Shown: in pieces, positions 20,470-33,112 of the stretch
Layout: every line of letters begins with the position of its first letter
Position numbering within the stretch: position 1 is the stretch's first letter
Assembly: GCA_013115125.1 (NCBI GenBank)
Contig: JABANN010000253.1
Span: 1-47,188, forward strand
DNA from: Perkinsus olseni
Taxonomy: Eukaryota
Reading direction: 5' to 3'
DNA length: 47,188 nucleotides
Made by a program: the position numbers and the translations under genes
Notes under the pieces: generated by a model
Databases searched by the model: none
What the model was told of the DNA's origin: nothing
What the model saw: the letters and a program-made list of their open reading frames with translations, nothing else

Positions 20470-21560
20470 AGATCGTCAGTATGCTTCCTCACCTGACGGC
20501 TCGCTCCTGCTGCTCCAACCGAGCGCCTTTCCTCGCCCTAGCGCCGAAATCAGCATTGACCTTCTCACCACCGTGCTGTAAAACGTTGAGAAGCTCACAG
20601 GTGAGCTCGTCGGCTGAGAAAAAAAAACAGGAAAATGACTTCTTCACGTTACCTCAATAAAACCTTCCATGCAACAGGCGATGAATATGACAATACAAAC
20701 CATACTTAACATACTGTATTTCTTCCGCAAAAGAATGCAATTAACAAAGTGAGATGGACTGAGAAATCCCCCTAGATTGTCTTCCTGGAAGCAGGAATTT
20801 GGCATCCGTAGCCGAGCTACAGTAGCTCGGAGTTAGCCATCGAACGTGAATCCTTATTCCCATATTTCGTGCGGGAGCCCCAGATGCTAGGTTTCACCAT
20901 GGGCTTCTTGTGTAGCATCATCATCCTGCTTCTGTGTCTCATCAGAGGCCTCTTCGCTTAATTCGCTAATACCCTGATCGAAGCGATGCCGTCGAACATA
21001 GTGGTGCCTTCTACCCTTACCTTAGAGATGCTGAGATTCTCGAAGCTTATTCCAGCCTCATGCCACTGCTTCCACTCTGATACGAGGGAGCTCGACTGGA
21101 TAGCTGCACAAGAAATAGCGATAAGTAAGAGAACCAAAAGCGGTCATTTTCGAAGAAGAATGATAACCACTATTGTGTGAAATTAGCGTGATGACAGCCG
21201 GCGGCGCTCTTCGTGCTGAGAGACGTGGCGGTTGTACCCTGTACAGCACGATGTATACAAAGGGTAGAAAAAAGAGTGAGAAAAATACGAGCACTACTCG
21301 GACAACTGTGTCGAAGCATTCACAACACGGGACCCACCTTCCAGAATTCGCTCTCCTTTGGTGACGTCCTGATCAGCAGCGACTGTCCGACGCCACCTAA
21401 TGGACCGCAAACTCGATACTGTTCATATACCCACGTTGCTCACCTTATAACGACAGTAACTCTGTCACCACCACCCATGTACGATGTCGGGGGCAACACT
21501 AGCATGCATTCATCTGTCTTTCCACTTCGCAGGCTCGCGTAGAGTGACCTGAGAGAGCGG
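20470..21560 (-). CDS. Possible multi-exon membrane protein or its remnant
   Basis: GT-AG-bounded hydrophobic segments VLVFFSLFFLPFVYIVLY and SMLSMVCIVIFIACCMEGFIE; a full model could not be assembled. Confidence 0.3.
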
Positions 21561-24500
21561 CGAGAATTCAGCAGCTATATAGAGCTGCGGGTGCAATATC
21601 AAGCATTTTTAATTTCGCCAGAATCCCAACTGGTGAGGTTAAGCAAGTATGGCGGACGAAAATGTTTCATTCGTGCACGAGAATAGAGAGAACCTGTGCT
21701 CTACCCACTCACGCAGCATGGTGAATCAATCCCATAAGTAGAATAAAACGCAGCTGAAGTGTGTCGATACAGGTACACGACACATAGTACTGTCAATATA
21801 TGTATGCTCTTAGTTAAGGGGCAATGCAGCAATTTGAACTGTCGTAGCAAGAATTTGCATAGACGCTTCTGGTAGACATATTGGTGATACCAATTTGGAA
21901 GTTGAATTAATTCAATACTTCCTTGAATCTCGCCGCCTTAATTTCCTATTCTTCTTAAACAGTAGTAGTGCTCGTCATAGCTAACGGCGCACTCAGGGCG
22001 ACGACAATGTTGTCACAGCACCGCCTAGGCGATTGGTCCGGAACCGAAAACGCCGGTCACTCTTACTGCGAGTCAGCAACGCAGTGACCCGGCCACTCAT
22101 ACAGCAGGCCACCAGCACGAAGCGATCATACACTATCACTGACTGAGATCTGACGTGCCGGTAATCAGAACGAGTCTGCAGTCTGCTTATTCTCAGAGAA
22201 CTGCCGTCTCCGAGATTGGCCCGCAGCAAGTTCACGACCACTCTCTTCCGCCGTGTGGACTCTGGCGTCCCCTCTTGGTAGCAGCCAGTCACTAGGACTT
22301 CGTCAATCGGGATGCTTGGAAAGGTCATGACGCGCTCTGTAAGCCGCATTATTCACCAACAATACCAGAAATCCTACGAGGATAACCGAATGACTCCATT
22401 TTGAATCCTAAAATTCGCGACGTCAATTGGTGGAGGCGTGAGGTGCTCGATAGACCAGTAGGGGATCCTCAGCCAGAGCATAGGAGCTTCTGCTCTCGGT
22501 AACAGCTCTCGTTTACGACACGCCCCGCTATAGCATGTTGAATGATGACCGAGCGAGGCTGAACTCCGTAAGCGACTTTTATGGGTGGATTAATGAGAAG
22601 CGAATCGCCACCTCTGTGGGTCCGACTGTGAGTCACCTCCTGTGACGAAGATGAACTCCACTCCATCTCTTGCATTTCTTACTGCTGAATCTGCTGAAGC
22701 TGAGGATTGGCCCGAGTAGCTAGGGCCGAGTTACCCCAGATTTCCATGAGACATATCATGTGCCATCGCGAATGGGCCATTCGCCATTCGTAATGGCAAC
22801 TTCTCTCCAGTGGAGGAAAAACTAGAAGGGCGAAGAGTTTGCGTGAGATAGGACCTTACAGTGAATCACTGTCAGGTATCGACTACGGCTGATTGACGAG
22901 AGTGAAATTTCGGGAGGAGAGGACTCTTGCACCCCGCACGACGAAGAAGACATTTGCTTGCACGATGTGCCATTAGAGCATCTCCCGCACACATAAAGGT
23001 AGTATAGTCTATAGTGTTCGTTGGGTCCCCCGAAGCATGGTGAATAAATCCCATCAGATTCCAGTTGGCCAAGAACTAAGCATGCTCTTTTTCAAAACAT
23101 CGAAACCTCATCAAGCCAAGCCCTATCAAGTCTTCATGGATACGTCATAAACGTCGTTCTCAGAACTGGGTAAATTTATTGGGCGAGGTCAAAGTGCGGC
23201 GCGCGCGATTGCCACCGGGGGGAATCAAATGGGGACACGTCCTGAGTGCCTCCACGATTTTAGACATCGACGGCGGGCAAGTACGCAATCGCGCGGAACG
23301 GCACTTTACACGTGGCTCATTATTCACCATACACTATCCGTGCAAAACTTAGCCCCACGATGCGGACCCGGTCCGAAACGGATATTCAGGGGAAGAAGCC
23401 CACTCACGAGAACCCTCTTGCGAGAGAAGGAGGACTCACCGAAGAGACAGGTCAAGATGTCTCGCTCGGTCAGCGTTCTGCTCGGATGCCGACGCCTTCC
23501 ATTCATATCGATTCAGGCAATTCGGCGGCGGGAAGAGCGAGGCATCGGGAGCCTGGAAAGGTCCAATACCATCAGTCCTTCGGAGTGATTGCTGGCATCA
23601 AGATGAAGAGGCACAGAAGTTTTCCCTAAAACTCTTTCTGAAAGAGTCTTTCACCGCTTTCGCTTACCTCGGTGGCGGCCCGGAAGGCTCCCGAGAGTTC
23701 TATCGCAGTGAGCTCCGACTCTAGCGTGACACTTACAGACCTAACCATGAAGCGAAAATGAGCTTGGTGATCGGTGGTGCAAGGACTCTCTTTGCCCACC
23801 TTATGCTAGCGAGATAGTTCTCTCTGAAATCTTCTCTGAAATGTTTATCCAACGTCCTCGTGTTCATGCTGTTCATGGCCTCGTCCGTCCCGGGAACTCG
23901 GTCAGAGCTCCCAGCAGCAGCAATGGGAGGGCTGAGGGAATGATGAGACCATCGAGCCGCCCAGTACGCGATCAATCGTCTCAAAAGGAAGAAAGTCGGA
24001 AGGCGTTTTGGTACAGTACGCCCAGTCTAGAGAACGTGAAACTGTTCAGCGCGAGAACTCTTCAACTAGGATGAACCTCTCATTACATACACATGCTCAA
24101 CGAGATCAATAGGTCGAAAGTGAACTAATTCAGCTTCTGAGCGAGACCCAAAGACGTATGCCGCGTCAAGAAAGGTCGAAATTTTTTTCTAAAATTGCGA
24201 TTGCGAGACCGGGATTTCAGTACAATATGCTCATGAGAGTATAAGTTCAAAGCCTGAGGAAGTAATTCGTCTTCCTTAAGGAGTTATCGCGCAGAACACA
24301 TCCCCTAGATTGCGCGTACTGCACCCTTCTCGAATGTAGCCACGTGCGAAGAATGGGTTTGTGCCAGATTTCGAGAGACGATCATCCGGCAACTTCGAAT
24401 TGGGCAATCGCCGAGGCGGAGCCCATTGGAATACCGCTTGAGGAAACCCACATGCAAATGACAAAAAATGGAAATTTCCGGAAAATTTCACGGACCCTGC

Positions 24501-25068
24501 AAACGGCGTGGACTCTAGTTCCACCGACAAGCTGTTCAGACAACAGTCGACCGAATCGATGAGGAGTGGGAAAATCAGAAACACGATTGATATGTTACTT
24601 GCCGAATAACGACATTGACATCCCTAAGGTTGCCAGGTTGAGGGAGGAGGAGGAGGAGAGCTGTATTGGAGTCATGTTCATAGAAGATGATGATGCCATC
24701 GTTGAAGGGTAATCTACAGATAACGATACCCTCCCCAAGGGGGGGGGGCTCAGGAAAGAGACACAGCTGATGGTCAGCAGGGGCCTTGCAGTGAGAGCAA
24801 CCCTTCAAACGTCCTGCACTGAAGAGCTAACTCGTATTAAAAGACTACCACAGGCGAGCGGAAATACACTCTACCGAACGATGAGCGCAGGGCTGCTGCT
24901 GAGGCTTCGTGTTCACACAAGTACACCAGTCAATGATCTCGGTACTCTGTTAACAAACGAAAGCCTACAGATGAGTCGGGAAAAGAGCATAAAACTTGTC
25001 GATGGCCATACAATGTGAAAAGATACATCTTGCCCTCTTGCTCTTTCTCAACGCCCATTAGTAACGTC

Positions 25069-28000
25069 TTAACCCAGCAAGCCGACATCAGGTTGCTCGG
25101 CATCTTGGCGAGTTCCTAAGAGGAAGCCGTCGAGGCATTTAGTAGCGGAGTGCTTCCATCATGGCGGGAACGAAGATACTTGCAAATCTCAACGCGCGTG
25201 CATGTATGTACCCACTCAACGTCCGCTAACGACCACTATGTATTTACTACCACATGTATGGACAGCGGAATAGTGTGAAAAAACTAATGCCAATCACACA
25301 GCCAGTATTTCACGGGAGTACTTCGTTTCCACTTCAGATAGGGCCTTGTAGTTTCACGATGACAGATCATGATATTCGCCGAGATTCAAAAAATCGGAGA
25401 ATTCCTACCAACTTTTCACCAAATCACGCCCACGGCACCTACTCTGAGCAGTTTCAGCGACTCCAGAGTATCGTCCAACGATAGCCTGCTGCCTAGCTCT
25501 CGTTGCCTCGGACACTTGATGCTTCGGTGGAGATCTCTCCCGGAAGGTAGCACTCGAATGGTAGTCCACACCTTCACCGTATCTACCACCCCACACAATG
25601 ACTTAGACGAAATCCCATACGACCCGGGAGAGGCACATGGACGTGCCGATGGAATGGACGGGGCGTGAAATGATTCTTAGTGAGCTCATTCCCAGCCTCT
25701 GACGCTTCTCGAAGGAGTCTCATCTGATCTCACGCAATGTAATCACGTTTCCGAAATGTATACGCAAGCACAATCGTCGTCGTACGTTATCATTCACTCA
25801 GGCTCGTTAAGGGAGAGTCTTGGATACGGCGGATCCAATCATTCCCGATCGACTGGTGTGCTTGCGAGTTCCGTGTCATCTTTGACGAAGCTTCGGCAGC
25901 ATGAGAAGAGATCCATCAAGCGAGGTGAACTCACCTCCCAGTTGAACGATACCCACCACCGTCATGGCGTCCTTTCCCTTTGCCCTTCCCTTTGCCCTTC
26001 CCTTTGCCCTTTCCTTTACCGCCACTGCAACACACACATCCTCGCCCGAGCTGCTAATATCATCATCTCACCCTTCATGATCGAAGTCATCGCGATCCCT
26101 ACTCCGACTCCTGCTCCTCCGTCGCACAACAGCCGAGGCGCCTACCAGGGAAAACATCCCCTCACCACCGTCACCATTGCGCCGCTTACCCGACTCCACA
26201 TGCGGCCGAGACAAAGCATTCCTGTAACCCTGCACTGGACGGCAGTACCCCTTTCCACTGGTAGCCGACACGCTGGCCTGATGACGACAACCGTCCCTTG
26301 CGGAGACCGATCGAGCTGCTCTCTTCTCACCTTGTCGCGCCGTCGCTGGTTGTAAATATCCAAGGCATTCATCCCTTCATAAGCAGCATCATCGAAGTTG
26401 CCGGCAGTCTTACGATGGGTAAGGTCCACCGCCTATAGTCAGGAATCGAAATATCACGCGAAAAATATCTTGCCTTCAGCACTACCTTGCTGTCATCCTT
26501 CCGGCCCTCACCGCCTTCGGCCCACGTCCCGCTATCACGGCCGTCATTCCAACTGAGTATGATGAAGACGAGGCTATTCGACGGCCGGGGCGCTCTTGAT
26601 GAGAAAACACCGCAGAGTTCTATCACATGAACACTATAACTCCACCGTGATAGCAGAACCCTGAGGTAGCCCCCCGAAACGAACTCCAGGAGTTAAGCAG
26701 AAGCAGAACGGAGCAACAAGACGTTCTCGATATCTAACCAAAATCGACCTCAAGATACCACCGCTATCACCTCTGTCCCTGTCCTCCTCCAGCCGGTGCA
26801 TCATACCAGCTCTCCTCACCGCCGCCATACCATCTGAATCCACCAAATACCCCTCTCCCAACACGACTACACCCTACTCGCTGTCGTCCCAACTCTCCCC
26901 TTCCCCCGACTTGAGTACGACCATGCCCAGCGGGCTCTCCTCGATGGACCTGGACAACTTTATCGTGGGTTCACGACTCGCGAATCGCTAGTACTCAGAG
27001 GCGATGCAAGAATCCTCCATTTCATATACCGCTAGAAGGAAATAAGGACAGCCCTCGCGAGGGTGAAAAATGTCCTTACCCAGAAAGAATCATAGTGAAC
27101 CCCACTTGCTCATCATTCATATAATTAACGATCGTTCCCAGACTGCAATGCTTCACAGCAGAGCGACAAGACATCCTCCAGCATTACTACCCGTCCTCCA
27201 GCCTGCACTTAACTCGCACTCGATTGGTAGTCGGCCCAAGCACATCAACGACCTCGCCATCGAGCCAGTCACCATTGGAGCATGCTTCAATCTGCAGACC
27301 AGTCGTATTCCCGCGCGCCACAAAATTCATTACCTTGGCCTTAGAATGGAACTTGTCTAACACTGTCTTGTTCTGCTTCTGTCGCTCCCGAAACTGGAAC
27401 TTTTCAAAGTCCAGCAGCTTCACGCAGTACCTGCATCGACCCCCTATGGCGGCGTCACTCGGTTAGAGTGAAGTCTTACTCTGTTTTGATGGCCTGGGGT
27501 ATTCTAGGCAATACTACACTGTAATAACGATCTTCCGTCAGGAGCTGATCAAGATGAAGACAGGTACGGTTCGCGTATCGATTGGAGAGTCGGTGCTAAA
27601 ACTTCACGAACCTCTCAGTTTTCATCATCTTCGGGTGAGCAGAAACGCGCAGAAATTTTTGATACTATTCCCGATAACCCTCGTCAGCAGCAGCTGGTGA
27701 CAAAGCTGTAGCACAGCCTCTCATCGACGAGCAACCCACGCAGGCACGTCGATACTCCCATCATTTCAAGCATACCTTCTCCACGTATTCCCCCATGGTC
27801 ATGACTCGCCCTTTATCACAGCCAGGAGTGAACTCTTCGTCATCCTGAATAGAGTCAGGATGACTCTAACCGAACCCGATACCTCCCGCATGAGAGCATC
27901 CCATTCTACCGTCCTACCAGAAGATGTGGTTGCAAGAAGCTCCAGTAATCTCGAGGCGACAGACCAAACCGCACATACAGGAAGCCGGCGCACCTGCAGT

Positions 28001-30584
28001 TAACATGAATCCTTCCCTGTGCGTACCAAAGATTCCTCCCTACCTAACGTAAGGTGCTCCATGATAGTTGATGAGCTGACCTAGTATCTTGCTGTTAATG
28101 CGCATCACGAAGAGGCGATACAAACAGCAGAACATCGTCGAAGGTACGGTATGAGAGCTGAGGGGAATAGCAGGCCAGAAAGATGCTGCTTCCAACCAAT
28201 ACTAAACCACGCATACGCACAGAAGGACGCTCGGCAGTGACGAGGACATTGACAACTCTCATTTTTCCTTCTTCCCAAATGATGATTTGTTATACACGCT
28301 CTCGACAATAAACTCAATTGTGTAAAAATGAACCCGAACTCAAGTTGTGAAGAACGCTTCCAGTACGCGACATCTACAGTGGCGAATTGCAGAGGTAACT
28401 TCTACAACATTGCGAGTTTCGACGCAAAATTTGTTAAGTACACTCACGATACATGAGCAGGTACAACTGCCCAGGAAAAGTCCGAGACCGGGATGAATGA
28501 CAGAGTATGTACTCTTCATTGCACAAACAGTCTCCAGTATTACCCAGGGGCGTAAGGCTCAGCATCCTTGCATCTGGTCTTGATCTCATCAATTATCGCT
28601 TCAGGAGTGTCCAGCCTGAACACTAGCATCACCGACTCGAAGCGGGAGCCCCTTCCTTACGGTTGAATAGAATGGTAGTACGCTGATTTGGCCAACTGCT
28701 GATGTAACTGGAACAGAAGAAAATGACACTACGGCGCCTCGTGACTGGCCTCGTTACCATTTGAGGGTAGTTATAGGTAGTAGTATTAGTCAGCTGCAGC
28801 GTCCCCATCATCGAATCATTTACGTTGGCTGTGAGAAGTGACTGCTGTTGCTTCAACATCTCCTGCTCGTGTTTAACCTAATATTTGAAAATTCGATAAA
28901 CTTGAAGTTTAGTGTAGCTAACAAATTGAGAAAAAGAAACAATTTAAAATTAAAAAAAGACATCCAAAATTGGGAATTCAACCTCAACAGGGCTAGTCTA
29001 CCCATCCACTGCCTCGACTCTGCCATCGGCGACCTCAGCTTCATGACAACTACTGGGTTTACATTAACAGGAGCGCATCTGCCAGCTGTTTCGAGAGATG
29101 CTTCTACGTTAGAACGGGTTGTTCATTGAGGCGAGGAGAATGCGGTTTCAGTCAGATACACCGTCGTTCAGTTGAAGACGAAAGCTTTCGATCGCTGCCC
29201 ACTAGAAAACGTAATTCGAACGCTACAGGAAATTATGACGTGCGGGTGCTTCTCGAGTCTACACCCTGCGACTGAGTTCGAATTTTCGGGCGAAAAAAAT
29301 TTCCAATTTGATTGCGTTGAACTCCCAATCTGCAACCTCAATACCTCTACTTAAGTCCCCACAGAAACCCCACTACCCAATCTTTATACTCCCGGCACTT
29401 CTTGCAGCTGTTGTTATGCTTGTTATGCAAAAAGCATTTCTTAGCAGGCTTCATTCCCATACTAGGAAAGCCCCCGCTACTCATGGACATGACGGAGGTT
29501 GCCTGGGTCGAACCTGTGCCTGAAAGGCGACATCGGGTTCTCAGCAGTGCTGGGGAAGGGGCGCCCCACCCACCTGCCTGTGAGACTCCACCGGCCGCAG
29601 CGTAAGCAGCAGCTGCTGCCGCTGCCTGACTCGCCTGAGCTGCTGCATAGTACTGAAAACGACAGATAAGACTATTGTAAAGGCAAGCAGCAGGCTTCCG
29701 GTGGCAAACACCACTCAACACGATTGTACTGCTATCATAGAATATACTGGTCGCCCAAGGGGACTTCATGATGGACCCTCCTCATAAGGATCTATCGCAG
29801 ACCCAGTACAATCAGATTTTACTACTACCAAATACAGCTTTGCAATTGTGTTCTATACTACCAGCCTAGGTATCTTGTTTCAGCTGACTAACCTTCCAAT
29901 ACTCTTTTATCCCTTCGTTTCATCTATGATTTATTTCTTGTATATTCTTCCGGTTCAAATACAGTTCGATGGTAAGAAATTCCCCAGAGTCAACTGCGGC
30001 GATTCACTTGAGCTAGACTGTATAGTCGGTCCTCATCTTCCCTGATTTCAGTATGGCTACCCACGGCAAAAATAGAGAAATGCGTGTACAGCTATTCATA
30101 CCAGCCCGGGAAGCGCAACGAAAATCCGTCTTCACGGCGTGGATTTCCGTGAGGTTAACGGCAAGCCACACTGACCAATGATCATCGCGGCTTGAACAGT
30201 GATCATTGTCACCATCATAAACTCCCCCCAAACTGCCGTGAAGGTGCCAGTCTGATGTTCGGCGAGATAATCACTACTGCTGCCATTCCTCTATTCCACG
30301 CGCTCTTGATCTTTGATGCCCATGAAAGAAAGCGTCTACAGCCAATCGTGCCAGCCTGATGCTGCGAGCCATGATCATCATTTTCGCCCTTCAAAAACTC
30401 CCCCCAAACTGCCGTGAAGGTGCCAGTCTGATTCTCAGCGTGATAATCATTGCTGCAGTAATTCCCACTTTCCCGTTATTACATTGGCCCACTGCTGCAT
30501 CATAGGGTTAGTCGGCATCTGCTGGCCGCTCCCAACGTATGAGGGAACATTCCCTGCCTGCTGCTGCTGCCCACTGCCATCCAT
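25069..30584 (-). CDS. PRP38: PRP38 family pre-mRNA splicing factor (PRP38B/SRL1-like), multi-exon, with RS-rich C-terminus
   Basis: Exons read LTNTTTYNYPQM, LDTPEAIIDEIKTRCKDAEPYAPG, PSTMFCCLYRLFVMR, YHGAPY and CAGFLYVRFGLSPRDYWSFLQPHL, typical of the PRP38 domain. N-terminal MDGSGQQQQ.../YYAAAQ and CFLHNKHNNSCKKC; C-terminal RRRSRSRSRDRD, RERSP and PDVGLLG*. Terminal exons are less certain. Confidence 0.85.
30200..30456. repeat. Two ~85-bp direct repeats in the first PRP38 intron
   Basis: aaactccccccaaactgccgtgaaggtgccagtctgat at ~30219 and ~30395. Confidence 0.85.
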
Positions 30585-31051
30585 TTCACCAGCACAAGGT
30601 GTGTGATAAAGATAGTTGGAATACGTGAATCGCTTCGCTCCGCTAGTCTTGAGCTCTTGCAATCTCTTGAAACTTCTCAACGGCACTCTGCCTCGGCACG
30701 GAATTCTTGCGACCGTCGGGCACTAAGCAGTCCGGTGTTTTTGCACCTACAAGAGACTGCTCTTAAACTAACCTGTGTGCATGCGACAGAGCTGAAGGCT
30801 TCTAGTTTCGGGAAAAGAATCCTTTGGTCCCACAGATGATGTCTATTATTGGAAGGCGGTGTCCGATAGACAACTCTGAGATTCAGAATCGGTTCTAGAG
30901 CCGAATTGCAAGCCCAGAATCGGGTCGGAGCCTCAGAATTAGCTCGCTTAACAGGGATACTTGGTAGCGTAGCTTTGCCGAGCACGTTGTGAAACCCACA
31001 CTCAATCACTGGTCTTGGCTGCCAGCCAACCTTGTTTGTACAACTCCCTGA

Positions 31052-31897
31052 ATGGTATCCTTCACGATCAGTGGCAGTGACGAGGAGGTGTCGGCTGTCG
31101 GTCCCTCTACCGATGTCGTTGACGCCGCCGCTGCTACTGTGGAGCATCAGACCTTCAGACCCAAGGCTTATCGCACTGGTTTGATAGGCTTCAGAGGCTT
31201 CCAGCTGCAGAAGATCCTAGATCCGGAGGCTTCCGCAAATTATGGGGAAAGAGTGCACAAGGTGAGTCGTCGTCTTGACCTGGTTTGTATCTTGCATGCT
31301 CGACCTCAGGATGCCTTGGCCAAGCACCGCGGCAACGGTAGAGGAATTCGAGCGCCTGCTGGAGCGATGCAGCGCGCAACACTACAAACTGCCGCTGGCC
31401 GAGCCTTGCTAGATATGCAACAGAAACCCGTCATGAATATCATGAATCAACTTGTACGTTTTTTCATACCACTCCTTTCCCAACTCCCGAGAGCTCAGGC
31501 TCAGAAGTTCGGCTTGGCCGTGCGCAGCAAGGAGTTCAACAACAAACCTGAATGGCGTGCTCAACCACTGATGGACACCAGCTCTATCAAGGCATTATCT
31601 CTGGCCAATCGCGCAGCCGCCGACGCCCCGGAACCCAAGCGAATGAGGGTGGCAGAGGCCTCCGACGAAGAGCGAGAAAATAGAGGTACGCCAACCTCTG
31701 CTCTGAGACCGCACTTCACCACGCGTTCGTTGGACTCTTTCCTTTTCGTAGAAGCCGAGGAAAGCCCTGCTGATACGGACCCGACCAGCGTGCTTTTCCC
31801 GGAGCAATGTGGAGGTGCCTCACGCCCTCAGTTCGAGCCCTATCAGCTGACTCCTTCCAGAGGGGAGGCAGTCGCTGTCGGTGGGAGCTGTTGGTAA
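31052..31897 (+). CDS. Hypothetical protein, probably with in-frame introns, divergent from PRP38
   Basis: 281-codon ORF containing GT-AG intron-like segments (gtgagt at 31262, gtacgt at 31454, gtacgc at 31686) and a PKRMR basic motif; no family recognised. Confidence 0.55.
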   Translation: MVSFTISGSDEEVSAVGPSTDVVDAAAATVEHQTFRPKAYRTGLIGFRGFQLQKILDPEASANYGERVHKVSRRLDLVCILHARPQDALAKHRGNGRGIRAPAGAMQRATLQTAAGRALLDMQQKPVMNIMNQLVRFFIPLLSQLPRAQAQKFGLAVRSKEFNNKPEWRAQPLMDTSSIKALSLANRAAADAPEPKRMRVAEASDEERENRGTPTSALRPHFTTRSLDSFLFVEAEESPADTDPTSVLFPEQCGGASRPQFEPYQLTPSRGEAVAVGGSCW

Positions 31898-32743
31898 GTC
31901 TGAGGTCCATACAGTATTCCACTCAGTGCCAACCATCTCAGATATTATCGCCATTTTCCAGCTCCGCTCCGCTGTGCTTTACTGCCCGTTTGCCCTCTAC
32001 ATTTGCTTGTTCCTCATCGCTTCAGCATCGCTCCCCAACCTGCTCGAGCGCATGATTTGTCCGTTGAAGGAAGCCAGCGTCTTGGCTAGTATCTCTAAGC
32101 CTAATCAAGGACCGCTTCTTCCATTGGTGACCTCATCTTGTTGGCCAGTCTGAGAGATCTGTCTCTCGGATTTTGTGCCGCGCGATGATTACGTTTACGA
32201 TTGTTGTTATTATTGCCATTACCCTTTATATAAAGTGCTCGCACCATCGGTAATGAAAACCTGAATATGACAGATTCTTGCATACTTGTTGCTGCACACT
32301 TGAAGTTGTCCTAAAAACAAAACTTAAAAATGCAGGCTTTTGCGAGACTTCTGTTGGTGGTCGTGGTTGAAGCCTCGCCAAGGATGGAGCGCGGTAGTAG
32401 CTAATGACTTTCCTTGCTGAGCGCTTTGTGGGGTTTTCATCTCGCCGTGCTGTTTTTGAGCCGCACGGTTCGAGATGGGGCACGTCTTTATATTTATTAA
32501 TTTGCTTTTACGTTCTGTCGAGCTTCCCTCCTTTTCACGGCGACTGTCGGCGATGTCCGAGTGGCATCAAAGCCTGTTGTGGAAGATGGCAGAGGAAAGC
32601 TCGGTTTTTTTTCGAATTATCTGCCATACTGCTTCGCTCCGCCCTTTCCGGAGGAGGAGCTGGTTGTACTCGGCGTAATGGTCCTACGGTTATGAGTGTA
32701 GGTCCTTCTTCGTTGAACACTTGTGCTGTGCCTCCGGGTTATT

Positions 32744-32780
32744 GCTGAAGAGGTCCCTGGTTCGAATCCCGGTGAAGGCA
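32744..32780 (+). tRNA. tRNA-like 3' half (pseudo- or split tRNA; isotype unresolved)
   Basis: tgaagaggtc-cctgg-ttcgaat-cccgg-tgaaggc-a reads as variable loop, T-arm with B box, acceptor strand and discriminator; no canonical D-arm found upstream. Confidence 0.45.
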
Positions 32781-33112
32781 TTGTCAGCACCGTTTGTCTG
32801 TACTGGCTTGGTCTAACCGCCATGCATAGTATAATCGAAAATTATCGCTTGTATCGTTTGTTGGTTGATCGTTATGATGATGATTTGTGGGTTCTGTGGT
32901 ATAAGGGGCGATGATGATGCTGTTTGATAACCGTTAATTTATTCTAGTAATGCATGACGATGACGAGAAGGATAGTTAGATAATTTAGCGGTTGCTTCAC
33001 GAGCATGTTGAGTTCCACGTTGGTATCTAAGGTTGAAGCTGGGGGTTCACAGATCGTGAGTTGTGTCAGTTTTTTGCTGCTGTTAATGTATAATAGCGGT
33101 CGTGGTGGAGCG

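Noticed and set aside
22400-25000. Degenerate retrotransposon (GIPMGSAS resembling an RT motif near 24410-24440; CxxC/H near 24780, minus strand)
   Set aside because: No YxDD, integrase motifs or LTRs could be found; too decayed to support, though a tblastx search against Repbase could revive it.
25756-26355. 199-aa plus-strand ORF and many similar short ORFs (e.g. 4849..5394, 17054..17692)
   Set aside because: Antisense shadows of real exons or chance ORFs with no motifs and no conservation between duplicated copies.
31700-31897. ORF 31052..31897 as the N-terminus of a Rad54/SNF2 helicase
   Set aside because: Only a vague resemblance, and no helicase motifs follow downstream.
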